In this document: piece after piece, positions 1-11,879 of the stretch
Layout: each line of letters starts with the position of its first letter
How positions within the stretch are numbered: the stretch's first letter is position 1
Origin: an uncultured Verrucomicrobiota bacterium
Lineage (GTDB): Bacteria; Verrucomicrobiota; Verrucomicrobiia; Palsa-1439
Assembly (NCBI GenBank): GCA_964574605.1
Contig: CAZNOK010000003.1
Span: 1 to 57,157 of the forward strand
Direction: 5' to 3'
Length of the DNA: 57,157 nucleotides
Position numbers and translations under genes: made by a program
Notes under the pieces: model-generated
Seen by the model: the letters and a program-made list of their open reading frames with translations, nothing else
Databases searched by the model: none
Told to the model about the DNA's origin: nothing

Positions 1-3405
<3,405 letters not shown>

Positions 3406-3424
3406 TTCATTCTCCTGTTCTGCG

Positions 3425-4420
3425 TTAACAAATTCTGGGCAAATCCTCGCCCGTCGGCATGTCCACGATCCGCTCGCCGCCAATCGCGGTCCGCAACACG
3501 GCCATGCCCTTCGGTTTCTCTGTCACTTCCCCAATCACCCACGCCTCGCGCCCCAACGGATGCGAGCGCATCGCGTCCAACAGCCGCCCCGCGTCGGTCC
3601 CGCGACAGAACACGACGACTTTCCCTTCGTTGGCGATGTTCAAGGGATCCAGTCCCAGCAAATCGCACGCCCCGCGGACCTCGGCGCTGACCGGCAACGC
3701 CGATTCCTGCAACCGGATCCCCACGCCCGACGCGACTGCGATATCGCACACCGTCGCGGCCAATCCGCCACGGGTCGGGTCGCGCATCGCGTGGATTTCG
3801 GCGCCCGAAACGAGCGCATTTTGTACCAAGCTCCAGAGCGGTGCGCAATCACTGATTACGCTCGTCTGAAACGCAATTCCCTCCCGCCGGCTCAACACCG
3901 CCACACCGTGTTCACCGAGGTTCCCGTTCACAATGACTGCGTCGCCGGGCCGCACGCGCGTGCTGCCAACATCCGCCACCACACGCCCGATTCCAGCCGT
4001 GTTGATATACAATCCTTCGCACTTCCCGCGCTCGACGACTTTCGTGTCGCCCGTCACAACCTTCACGCCAATATCCACCGCCGTCGCCTTGATCGAAGCG
4101 ACGATCTTCTCCAAGTCCGCGATTGGCAGCCCTTCCTCCAAAATCATTCCAAGGCTCAACCACAACGGCTCCGCCCCCTGCATCGCCAAATCGTTCACCG
4201 TCCCGCACACCGCCAACTTTCCGATGTCGCCGCCCGGAAAGAAATACGGTTTCACCACATACGAGTCCGTCGTGAACGCGAGCCGTCGTCCTGCCGACTC
4301 CAGCACCGCGCTGTCCTCCAACTCTTTCATCCCAAACGCGGGCGCGAACAAACGTTCGATCAACTCGTGCGTCAACGTCCCGCCGCCACCGTGGCCTAAC
4401 AAGATTCGGTCGTGTTTCAC
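3425..4420 (-). CDS. hypE: Hydrogenase maturation carbamoyl dehydratase HypE
   Basis: HGGGG, TTDSYVV.P.FFPGGDIGKLAVCGTVNDLAM, MRDPTRGG and the C-terminal LPRIC. Confidence 0.97.
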   Translation of the reverse strand: MKHDRILLGHGGGGTLTHELIERLFAPAFGMKELEDSAVLESAGRRLAFTTDSYVVKPYFFPGGDIGKLAVCGTVNDLAMQGAEPLWLSLGMILEEGLPIADLEKIVASIKATAVDIGVKVVTGDTKVVERGKCEGLYINTAGIGRVVADVGSTRVRPGDAVIVNGNLGEHGVAVLSRREGIAFQTSVISDCAPLWSLVQNALVSGAEIHAMRDPTRGGLAATVCDIAVASGVGIRLQESALPVSAEVRGACDLLGLDPLNIANEGKVVVFCRGTDAGRLLDAMRSHPLGREAWVIGEVTEKPKGMAVLRTAIGGERIVDMPTGEDLPRIC

Positions 4421-5478
4421 GCTGCCACCTTTCGCTCATACCGGTAGAACGCCGCGCACGCGCCTTCGCTCGACACCATGCACGGTCCCAGCGGATTCGT
4501 CGGCGTGCAGGCTTTTGCAAACAGCTTGCAGTCCGGTGGCGTCAATACACCTCGCAACACATCGCCGCACCGGCAGCCCGGATGCGGCGACGATTCGCGG
4601 AACGTCACGCTCTTTCCGGCATCCCAGCGCGAAAACTCTTTCCGAATCGCTAGTCCGCTCCGCCGGATCACGCCGATGCCGCGCCAACCCGCGTCGCTCT
4701 CCTCGAACACCTCGGCGATGAGTTGCTGCGCCGCCGGATTACCCGTCTGATTGACCGAGCGGGTGTACTCAATCTCGACCGCGGCGCGTTCCTCCGCAAT
4801 CTGTGCCAGCAACATCGCGATGCACTTCATCACGTCCACCGCCTCAAACCCGCACACCACGCACGGAATGCCATACCGCTCCGGAATGAACCGGTAAAGC
4901 TGAGCACCGGTGATGACGCTGACGTGGCCGGGACAAATGAAACCGTCAATCTTCACTTCCTTGTCCTTCAGCAACGCCTCCATCGCGAACGGCATCGTTT
5001 TGTGCGCGCAGAGCACAGAGAAATTCATCACGCCGTCCTGCGCCGCCTTCTTGATCGTCCACGCCACTGTTGGCGCTGTCGTCTCAAAACCGACGCCGAG
5101 GAACACGACCTGTTTGTCTGGGTTTTCCTGCGCCAACGACAGCGCGTCCGCCGGCGAGTAAACCACGCGCACCGCCGCGCCCGCGGCGCGTTCGCGTTCG
5201 AGCGACGACTCGCTGCCCGGCACGCGCACCAAGTCGCCGAACGTCGTCACGATCACATCCGGACGTCGCGCCAGTTCGATGGCCGCGTCGAGGTAACTGG
5301 TGTCCGTCACGCAAACCGGGCAGCCCGGCCCCGAAATCAGCTTCACGTTCGCCGGCAGGAGCTGACGCAGGCCGGAGCGCGATACCGCCATCGTGTGCGT
5401 TCCGCACACTTCCATGAAGGTGACGTTGCGACTGACCCGTTGCGCCAGTTCGGCGATTCTGTTCAGCGCCTCATTCAT
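4417..5478 (-). CDS. hypD: Hydrogenase maturation protein HypD
   Basis: MEVCGTHT, GPGCPVC, GFETTAP, PGHVS and GPCMVSSEGACAA. Start moved to ATG 5478 (MNEALNR). Confidence 0.97.
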   Translation of the reverse strand: MNEALNRIAELAQRVSRNVTFMEVCGTHTMAVSRSGLRQLLPANVKLISGPGCPVCVTDTSYLDAAIELARRPDVIVTTFGDLVRVPGSESSLERERAAGAAVRVVYSPADALSLAQENPDKQVVFLGVGFETTAPTVAWTIKKAAQDGVMNFSVLCAHKTMPFAMEALLKDKEVKIDGFICPGHVSVITGAQLYRFIPERYGIPCVVCGFEAVDVMKCIAMLLAQIAEERAAVEIEYTRSVNQTGNPAAQQLIAEVFEESDAGWRGIGVIRRSGLAIRKEFSRWDAGKSVTFRESSPHPGCRCGDVLRGVLTPPDCKLFAKACTPTNPLGPCMVSSEGACAAFYRYERKVAA

Positions 5479-5686
5479 GCGGGACGGATTCCTGAATCTC
5501 CTTCCACTCCTGGTAATCGGACTCATCCCACTTCTGGATGGCGAAACCGGCGTGCACCAGCACGTAGTCGCCGAGCCGCGGCTCATCCACAAGCGACACG
5601 TCCACCTCGCGCAACGTTCCCTCAATCGAGATCGTCGCCGTGGTGCCGTTCAACTCCACTATTTTTGCTGGAACCGCTAAACACAT
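5471..5686 (-). CDS. hypC: Hydrogenase maturation chaperone HypC
   Basis: MCLAVPAKIV...GDYVLVHAGFAI, starting at ATG 5686. Confidence 0.96.
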   Translation of the reverse strand: MCLAVPAKIVELNGTTATISIEGTLREVDVSLVDEPRLGDYVLVHAGFAIQKWDESDYQEWKEIQESVPHE

Positions 5687-7929
5687 TGTAATTTCATCCT
5701 TTCGGCGGCGACCGCCGCCTGTCCGAGCGACAATCCGCCGTCGTTCGGCGGCACGAGCGTGTTGGTGAACACCTCGAAGCCGCGCTCGCGCAACGCCGCC
5801 GTCGCGCGCGTCAAAATCCATTCGTTCTGGAACACGCCGCCCGACAACGCGACGCATTTCAACCCGCGCTGCTCACGCACGGTCTCGCACACGCGCACAA
5901 CGCCAGCGACGATGGTGTTTTGGAAACGGGCTGCTCCCGTCCCGACTTGTTGGCGGTCGGCAAGCAACGCACGAATCGTCTGCCCGAAATCCAATACCCA
6001 TGCTTTGTCATCCTGAGCGAAGCGAAGGACCTCTGAACCGCAACGATTGCGAGACCCTTCGCTTCGCTCAGGGTGACAGTTTATGGAGGCGCAGATATCG
6101 AACGGGTAATGCCCCGTCACCGCAGGGTCAGCCGCTGCTTCGAGGCGAATCGCGGCCTGCGCTTCGTACGAGGCCACGTCGCACAGCCCCAGTAACGCCG
6201 CCGCCGCATCGAACAATCGTCCTGCTGAAGACGTCAGCGGCGCATTGAATCCCGATTCCACCATCCTCCGCACAACCAAGGTGGTTGACATATCAACCAC
6301 AGTGGTTGATATGTCAACCAGCCCTTCTTGGGTGAGGACGCTCGCTGCCATCCGCCACGGTTCCTCGATGGCCTTTTCGCCGCCGGGGAGCCGGTATTGT
6401 TTGAAGTGGGCAACCCGCTCGAAATCGGCGCGGGTCGCCACGAGAAATTCTCCGCCCCACACTGTCTCATCGGTTCCGTAGCCGGTGCCATCGAGCGCGA
6501 CGCCAATGACTTCGCCGTGCAGATTGTGCTCCGCCATCACGCTGACGATGTGAGCGTGGTGGTGCTGAACCGGAATCAGCTTCACCGCCTGCTTCTGCGC
6601 CCACCGGGTCGAGCGATAGCCGGGGTGTAAATCGTGAGCGATGGCCACCGGCGCGACGCGCATCAGGCGTTGCCACTCGGCAATCTCGCGTTCGAAATAC
6701 TCGACCGTCTTCAACTCCTTCAAGTCGCCAATGTGCTGCGAGAGAAACGCAAAGCCGTTTCGGGTGAGGCAGAACGTGCTCTTCAACTCGCCGCCAACGG
6801 CAAGGATGTGTGCGCAGTCGTCGGCGAATCGGATCGCGTTCGGCGCGAAGCCGCGGGCACGACGGAAGAACTGGCGCTGGCCATTGACGATACGCACGAC
6901 GGAATCATCGCACTTGTGGACGATGGGGCGGTTGTGCGTCAGCACGGCGTCAGCGACGTGCGGCAGTTCGGCGTCGTCGCTGGCAATCGGTTCCTCGGCG
7001 AGATTGCCGGAGGTCATCACCAGCGCGTCGAAATGCTGCATCAATAGGTGGTGAATCGGCGTGTACGGCAGAAATGCGCCGACGGTCGGGGAATCAGGCG
7101 AAACCGGCGACCGCTTCGACTTCAGGATGACGATGGGACGGGCGACGGAAAGAAGTTCGGCTTCCTCGGCTTCGCTGACTTCGCAGTAGTGTTTCACGGC
7201 GTCAATGTCGCGGAACATGACGGCAAACGGTTTATGCGGACGATGTTTTCGCAGCCGGAGCTTGGCAACGGCGTCGAGCGTGCAAGCAAGATGAAATCCA
7301 CCGAGGCTCTTGATGGCGACGATCTGTCCGTCTTGCAGCAGGCGAATCGCTTCGCCGATCGGCATGCTGAGGCGCGGACCACATTTTTCGCATGCGTCCG
7401 GCTGGGCGTGGAACCGGCGGTCGTGCGGATCGTGATACTCGTAGCCGCACGGTGGACACATCGTGAAGCCGGCCATGCTGGTGTTGGCGCGGTCGTACGG
7501 CAGGTCGCGGATGATGGTAAAGCGCGGGCCGCAGTTGGTGCAGTTGATGAACGGGTAGCCGTGCCGGCGGTCTTGCGGGTCGTTCAACTCGCGGAGGCAG
7601 TCGTCGCACGTGGCGAGGTCGGGGGAAATGTGGACTTCGGCGGCACCATCAGGTTCAGACTCGACGACCTCGAACTTTTCGTCGCCGCGCGGCGCTACCG
7701 CGTGTGTCTCGACGCTGGTGATGATGGCTTGGCGTGGCGGTTCGTGTTGAAGATGGTCGAGGAAGGCGATGACGTTTTCCGATTCGCCCTCGACTTCGAG
7801 GATGACGCCCTGCGGGTCGTTGCGGACGAAACCGGCAAGGCCAAGCTCGGTGGCGTACCGATAAACGGTCGGGCGAAAGCCGACGCCTTGGACACGGCCA
7901 ACAATCTTCGCCTGCACACGAGTCTTCAT
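5677..7929 (-). CDS. hypF: Carbamoyltransferase HypF, with two palindromic in-frame inserts
   Basis: GRVQGVGFRP acylphosphatase domain, CTNCGPRF and RRFHAQPDAC Zn fingers, HDLHP, QHHHAH, DGTGYG, LSGGVFQN, PPNDGGLSLGQ. Confidence 0.96.
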   Translation of the reverse strand: MKTRVQAKIVGRVQGVGFRPTVYRYATELGLAGFVRNDPQGVILEVEGESENVIAFLDHLQHEPPRQAIITSVETHAVAPRGDEKFEVVESEPDGAAEVHISPDLATCDDCLRELNDPQDRRHGYPFINCTNCGPRFTIIRDLPYDRANTSMAGFTMCPPCGYEYHDPHDRRFHAQPDACEKCGPRLSMPIGEAIRLLQDGQIVAIKSLGGFHLACTLDAVAKLRLRKHRPHKPFAVMFRDIDAVKHYCEVSEAEEAELLSVARPIVILKSKRSPVSPDSPTVGAFLPYTPIHHLLMQHFDALVMTSGNLAEEPIASDDAELPHVADAVLTHNRPIVHKCDDSVVRIVNGQRQFFRRARGFAPNAIRFADDCAHILAVGGELKSTFCLTRNGFAFLSQHIGDLKELKTVEYFEREIAEWQRLMRVAPVAIAHDLHPGYRSTRWAQKQAVKLIPVQHHHAHIVSVMAEHNLHGEVIGVALDGTGYGTDETVWGGEFLVATRADFERVAHFKQYRLPGGEKAIEEPWRMAASVLTQEGLVDISTTVVDMSTTLVVRRMVESGFNAPLTSSAGRLFDAAAALLGLCDVASYEAQAAIRLEAAADPAVTGHYPFDICASINCHPERSEGSRNRCGSEVLRFAQDDKAWVLDFGQTIRALLADRQQVGTGAARFQNTIVAGVVRVCETVREQRGLKCVALSGGVFQNEWILTRATAALRERGFEVFTNTLVPPNDGGLSLGQAAVAAERMKLQCV
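6006..6078. repeat. Palindromic element (TGTCAtCCTGAGCGAAGCGAAGG...CCTTCGCTTCGCTCAGGgTGACA) inside hypF
   Basis: Two 23-bp arms with one mismatch around a 27-bp centre. It translates as CHPERSEG...LRFAQ.D on both strands. Confidence 0.85.
6282..6320. repeat. Perfect 19-bp inverted repeat inside hypF
   Basis: TGGTTGACATATCAACCAC-A-GTGGTTGATATGTCAACCA, encoding VDISTTVVDMST. Confidence 0.85.
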
Positions 7930-8639
7930 CGGTGCGGATGGCTGTGCGGTGCGACGCCTTCGACGTGTGAGTGAGTGTGTGGGTGGACGTGAATCTCACC
8001 CTCAGCGACGTGTTCGAGCCAGTGGACCCAGTCGCCGAGACCCTCGCCGGTGCGGCAGGAGAGCTTGAAGATCGGGGCGGCGGCGTTGAGCTTCCTGAAA
8101 TCAGCCTCGAACTTCGCGTAGTCGAAATCGGTGTATGGCAGGAGGTCAATCTTGTTGAGGACGAGCGCGGCGACTTCGTGGAAGAGGAGCGGATACTTCG
8201 CCGGTTTGTCGTGGCCCTCGGTGACGCTGAGGATGCCGACCTTGGCGTTCTCGCCGAGGTCGAATTCGGCGGGACACGCGATGTTGCCGACGTTCTCGAT
8301 GATGAGGAGGTTGATGGCGTCGAGGTTCAGTTCGCCGAGGCCACGCTGGATGAGTGTGGCTTCGAGGTGGCAGGCGCCGCCGGTCAGGAGCTGGACGACG
8401 GGGACGCCGAGTTTCTCGATGCGCTCGGCGTCGCGCGTGGTGGCGATGTCGCCTTCGAGGACGCCGATGCGGAATTGTTTCAGCAGCGGAATCGTGCGTT
8501 CGAGCAGCGACGTCTTGCCGGCGCCGGGGGAGCTGATGATGTTGATGGCGGTGATGCGGCGGGCGGCCAGTTGCTGGCGGATGCGGACCGCCAACTGGTC
8601 GTTTGCTTCCAGCACATTCCGCAAGACTTTGATGTTCAT
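7926..8639 (-). CDS. hypB: Hydrogenase nickel-insertion GTPase HypB
   Basis: SSPGAGKTS, GGACHLEA, ENVGNIACPAEFDLGE, NKIDLL and a His-rich C-terminus. Confidence 0.96.
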   Translation of the reverse strand: MNIKVLRNVLEANDQLAVRIRQQLAARRITAINIISSPGAGKTSLLERTIPLLKQFRIGVLEGDIATTRDAERIEKLGVPVVQLLTGGACHLEATLIQRGLGELNLDAINLLIIENVGNIACPAEFDLGENAKVGILSVTEGHDKPAKYPLLFHEVAALVLNKIDLLPYTDFDYAKFEADFRKLNAAAPIFKLSCRTGEGLGDWVHWLEHVAEGEIHVHPHTHSHVEGVAPHSHPHR

Positions 8640-8646
8640 CAAAACG

Positions 8647-10167
8647 TCAGTCGCGCCGCAACGTCTGCACCACGTTGCCCTGCGCGTCGCGAATGGTCAC
8701 GATCATCGGCGTCTTGCCGATGGCGTGCGTGGCGCAACCGAGGCACGGGTCGTAGGCGCGGAACGCCATCTCAACCTTGTTGAGCAATCCCTGATCAACC
8801 TTGCCGCCGTGGATCAATCCTTTCGCGGTTTTCTCGACGCTCATCGCCATGCGGGCGGCGTTGCCTTGCGTGGCGACGATGAGGTTGGCTTTCGTGAGGA
8901 TGCCGTTGTCGTCGGTGTGATACTCGTGGATGAGCGTGCCGCGCGGGGCTTCGACGACGCCGATGCCGACGGTCGGTTTCTGCGTCGGGAGGCAACGGAT
9001 GTCCTTGCTGGTGATTTCCGGATCGTTGAGCAATTCATTCATCCGCTCGGCCGCGTAGATGATCTCGATGCAACGCGCCCAGTGGTTCGCCAGCGTGTGA
9101 TGGACGGGCTTGCCGCCGAGTGTGGCGTAGAATTCTTCGTAGGCTTTCTGCGCGAGCGGTGTGGCCATGCCGTCGGAGGCGTTGAGACGCGCGAGTGGCG
9201 CGACGGAATAGATGCCGCTCTTGTCGCCTTCGGTGAATCCGTTCCAACCGACCGGCTTGAGGAAGCAGAACTTCATGTAGCTCCACGGCTCGACGTGTTC
9301 GGCAACGAAGTCTTTGTACTGCTGGATGTCGAACTTGGCGTACTCTTTGCCGGCGGGGGTGACGACGCGGATCTTGCCGTCGTAGAAGTTGACCTTGTTG
9401 TTGGCGTCAACCATGCCGAGGTAATAGGTTTTGTGTGTGTAGTCGTCGGAGGTGATGAGCTTGACGTAGGCGTCGTTCTTGAGGACGATGTCCTTGAAAA
9501 CTTGAAGCGTAAACTGCGCGAAGTCGAGCGCGTCCTTGCCGAGTTGCTGGAACTGCGGCAGGTCTTGCGGCGACATGCCCTTGGCAACGCCGCCGGGCAG
9601 GCCGAGCACCGGGTGAATGACTTTGCCGCCGAGGTAGGCGATCAACTCACGGAGACGACGGCGCGTGGTGATGACACGTTTGCCGATTTCGAGGCCGACT
9701 TTCTGGATGACGCCGACGACGTTGCGCAACGCCGGATCCGCGTCGGGACCGACGATGAAGTCGGGGCCGCCGAGGATATAGACGTGCAGGGCGTGGTCTT
9801 CGAGCATGAACGTGCTGTACACAAGCTCGCGGAGTTTCTTGGCGGCGGAGGTCGGCTCGACTTTGTAGAGGTCGTCGAGCGTCTTCACGCCGGCCATGTG
9901 GTGGGCGGTCGGACAGACGCCGCAGATGCGGGAGGTGATTTGCGGCATGTCCTCGGCGGGGCGGCCAATCGAGAAGACCTCGAAGCCGCGCAGTTCGGGC
10001 ACTTGGAAGTAGGCGCGTTGGACATCGCCTTTCTCGTCGAGGTGGATGTCAATTTTGCCATGGCCTTCGAGGCGCGTGATCGGGTCAATGGCGACGCGGC
10101 GCGCTTTATACGCGGCGGCGGCGTTTTGTTGGCCTTGGTTCCAAATCTGTTTCACGGGATCATTCAT
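8647..10167 (-). CDS. mvhA: [NiFe]-hydrogenase large subunit, MvhA-like (group 3c)
   Basis: PITRLEGHG, L1 motif SRICGVC, L2 motif RAYDPCLGCATH plus C-terminal extension; lies downstream of hdrA-mvhD-mvhG. Confidence 0.92.
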   Translation of the reverse strand: MNDPVKQIWNQGQQNAAAAYKARRVAIDPITRLEGHGKIDIHLDEKGDVQRAYFQVPELRGFEVFSIGRPAEDMPQITSRICGVCPTAHHMAGVKTLDDLYKVEPTSAAKKLRELVYSTFMLEDHALHVYILGGPDFIVGPDADPALRNVVGVIQKVGLEIGKRVITTRRRLRELIAYLGGKVIHPVLGLPGGVAKGMSPQDLPQFQQLGKDALDFAQFTLQVFKDIVLKNDAYVKLITSDDYTHKTYYLGMVDANNKVNFYDGKIRVVTPAGKEYAKFDIQQYKDFVAEHVEPWSYMKFCFLKPVGWNGFTEGDKSGIYSVAPLARLNASDGMATPLAQKAYEEFYATLGGKPVHHTLANHWARCIEIIYAAERMNELLNDPEITSKDIRCLPTQKPTVGIGVVEAPRGTLIHEYHTDDNGILTKANLIVATQGNAARMAMSVEKTAKGLIHGGKVDQGLLNKVEMAFRAYDPCLGCATHAIGKTPMIVTIRDAQGNVVQTLRRD

Positions 10168-10179
10168 GTTGTATTCCTT

Positions 10180-10422
10180 TCAATAGAACGCGGCGGCGTC
10201 CATCATTTCCTGGTTGTGATAAACCTTGTACACGATGCAATGCTGGCAGTCCTTCGGGATACGCAGGACTTCCTCGCAACACGTCACTTTCTGCTCCCAG
10301 CAGGGCGTTTCGGGATGCAAGTATGCGTCGCATCGTTCGTAGGCGTATCGCGAGCAGCCAAGCATCACCCAGCACGGGGTTTTCCCACGCCAGTAACCGG
10401 GATACTCATTGGCTTCAGGCAT
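10180..10422 (-). CDS. Small Cys-rich two-CW-type protein
   Basis: 80 aa with PCW...C...C...PCWE...TCC...C..C..Y. Overlaps the mvhG stop and fills the mvhG-mvhA gap. Confidence 0.8.
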   Translation of the reverse strand: MPEANEYPGYWRGKTPCWVMLGCSRYAYERCDAYLHPETPCWEQKVTCCEEVLRIPKDCQHCIVYKVYHNQEMMDAAAFY

Positions 10423-11383
10423 GGATTTTCCCTCTCAATGAGCATTTGGCCAAGCCGTAGCGGTAGAACGTGCCGACCGGGTCGGGAATGCCGGCCAGCG
10501 TCTTGGTGATGTCCTTCTCCTCCTTGCCGGCGGCGGTGGAGGCGAGGTAACTGAGAATCTTCGCGCCGTGATCATGGACGTTGTCCACGGGACCGAAGCA
10601 ACCCGTGCACGGCATGTTGCCCTGAATGCAAACGGCGTCGCACCCGCCGCGCGTCGCGGGGCCGAGGCAGGGGAGGCCTTGCGCGAGCAGACATTTCTCC
10701 GGGTCGGCGATGATCTGGTGCGGACGCTTGAACTCGATGAGGCTGATGTCCTGCGGTTTGCTGTCGTTGCGTTTGCACTGCTGGCAAACGGCGATGTTCG
10801 GCGCGAGCACGCTGCCTTTCGGCGGCAGCTTGCCGCTGAGCAGCGCGAGCACCGCGTTCTTCAGCAGCGCCGGCGGCGGCGGACAGCCGGGAATGTAGTA
10901 GTCAACATCCACGACCTGATCGAGCGCGCGCACAACGTTGCGGAGCGTTGGCAACTCTGTCTCGCGGCCGTCCTCCTTGAAATGCGTCTGCGGATGCGTC
11001 TTCTGGTCGTTGACCATCGTCGGCGCGTCTTCATAGACGTACTTCATGATCTGTTCGCGCGTGCACTGGTTGGCGAGCGCGGGAATGCCGCCGGTGTGGG
11101 CGCACGAGCCGTAGGCGATGAGCACCTGACTCTTGCGACGCAACAGGTGCGCCATCTCTTCCTGTTCGCTGGAACGGATCGCGCCGTTCAGCAACGTGGC
11201 GACAATGCTCTTGTCAGCCATCGCCTCGACGTCAGCCTTCTTGAAGTCCATCGCGCATGGCCAGAACACAATGTCCACCGCGGCGGTGACCATCAAGACG
11301 TCCTCGGCCAAATCAACGACAGACTCTTCGCAGCCGCCGCAACTGGCGCACCAGTAAAAACCGATTTTGGGTTTAGTGGACAT
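10415..11383 (-). CDS. mvhG: [NiFe]-hydrogenase small subunit, MvhG-like
   Basis: WCASCGGCEES, YGSCAHTGGIP, IPGCPP and CLLAQGLPCLGPATRGGC...C...PCTGCFG. ATG 11383 has an AAGGAG RBS. Confidence 0.92.
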   Translation of the reverse strand: MSTKPKIGFYWCASCGGCEESVVDLAEDVLMVTAAVDIVFWPCAMDFKKADVEAMADKSIVATLLNGAIRSSEQEEMAHLLRRKSQVLIAYGSCAHTGGIPALANQCTREQIMKYVYEDAPTMVNDQKTHPQTHFKEDGRETELPTLRNVVRALDQVVDVDYYIPGCPPPPALLKNAVLALLSGKLPPKGSVLAPNIAVCQQCKRNDSKPQDISLIEFKRPHQIIADPEKCLLAQGLPCLGPATRGGCDAVCIQGNMPCTGCFGPVDNVHDHGAKILSYLASTAAGKEEKDITKTLAGIPDPVGTFYRYGLAKCSLRGKIHA

Positions 11384-11879
11384 GGGCGGGAATCTCCTTC
11401 TGGCTGTTGTTGACGTGGGCTTCAAGCTCTTCCATTTCCTTGTCCCAGTCGGTGTGTTTGCCGGGCATGTCGAGCGGGCCGAGCGCGCGGACCTTCGCGA
11501 CCATCTCATTGACGACGTGCTTGACCTTGTCGCCTTCGCTCGCCGAGATCCATTCGAGCCGGAACCGGTCCTCCTCGATGCCGAGGTCGGCGAGCATCCG
11601 TTTCAAGAGCGTCACGCGTCGCAACGCCTTGTAGTTGCCCTCGACGTAATGGCAATCGCCGGGATGGCAGCCGCCGATGAGGACGCCGTCGGCGCCCTTG
11701 GCAAACGCGGCCATGACGAACTGCGGGTCGAGCCGGCCCGAACACATCAGGCGGACGACGCGGATGTTGGGGGCGTATTTCATGCGGGAAACGCCGGCGA
11801 GATCGGCGGCGGTGTACGTGCACCAGTTGCAGAAGAACGCAACGATGCGCGGTTCAAACGTGGTGGTGGATTCAGACAT
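11373..11879 (-). CDS. mvhD: Hydrogenase [2Fe-2S] adaptor MvhD/FlpD
   Basis: FFCNWCTYTAADLAG, MCSGRLDP, GADGVLIGGCHPGDCHY, WISASEG. Confidence 0.95.
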   Translation of the reverse strand: MSESTTTFEPRIVAFFCNWCTYTAADLAGVSRMKYAPNIRVVRLMCSGRLDPQFVMAAFAKGADGVLIGGCHPGDCHYVEGNYKALRRVTLLKRMLADLGIEEDRFRLEWISASEGDKVKHVVNEMVAKVRALGPLDMPGKHTDWDKEMEELEAHVNNSQKEIPAHVH

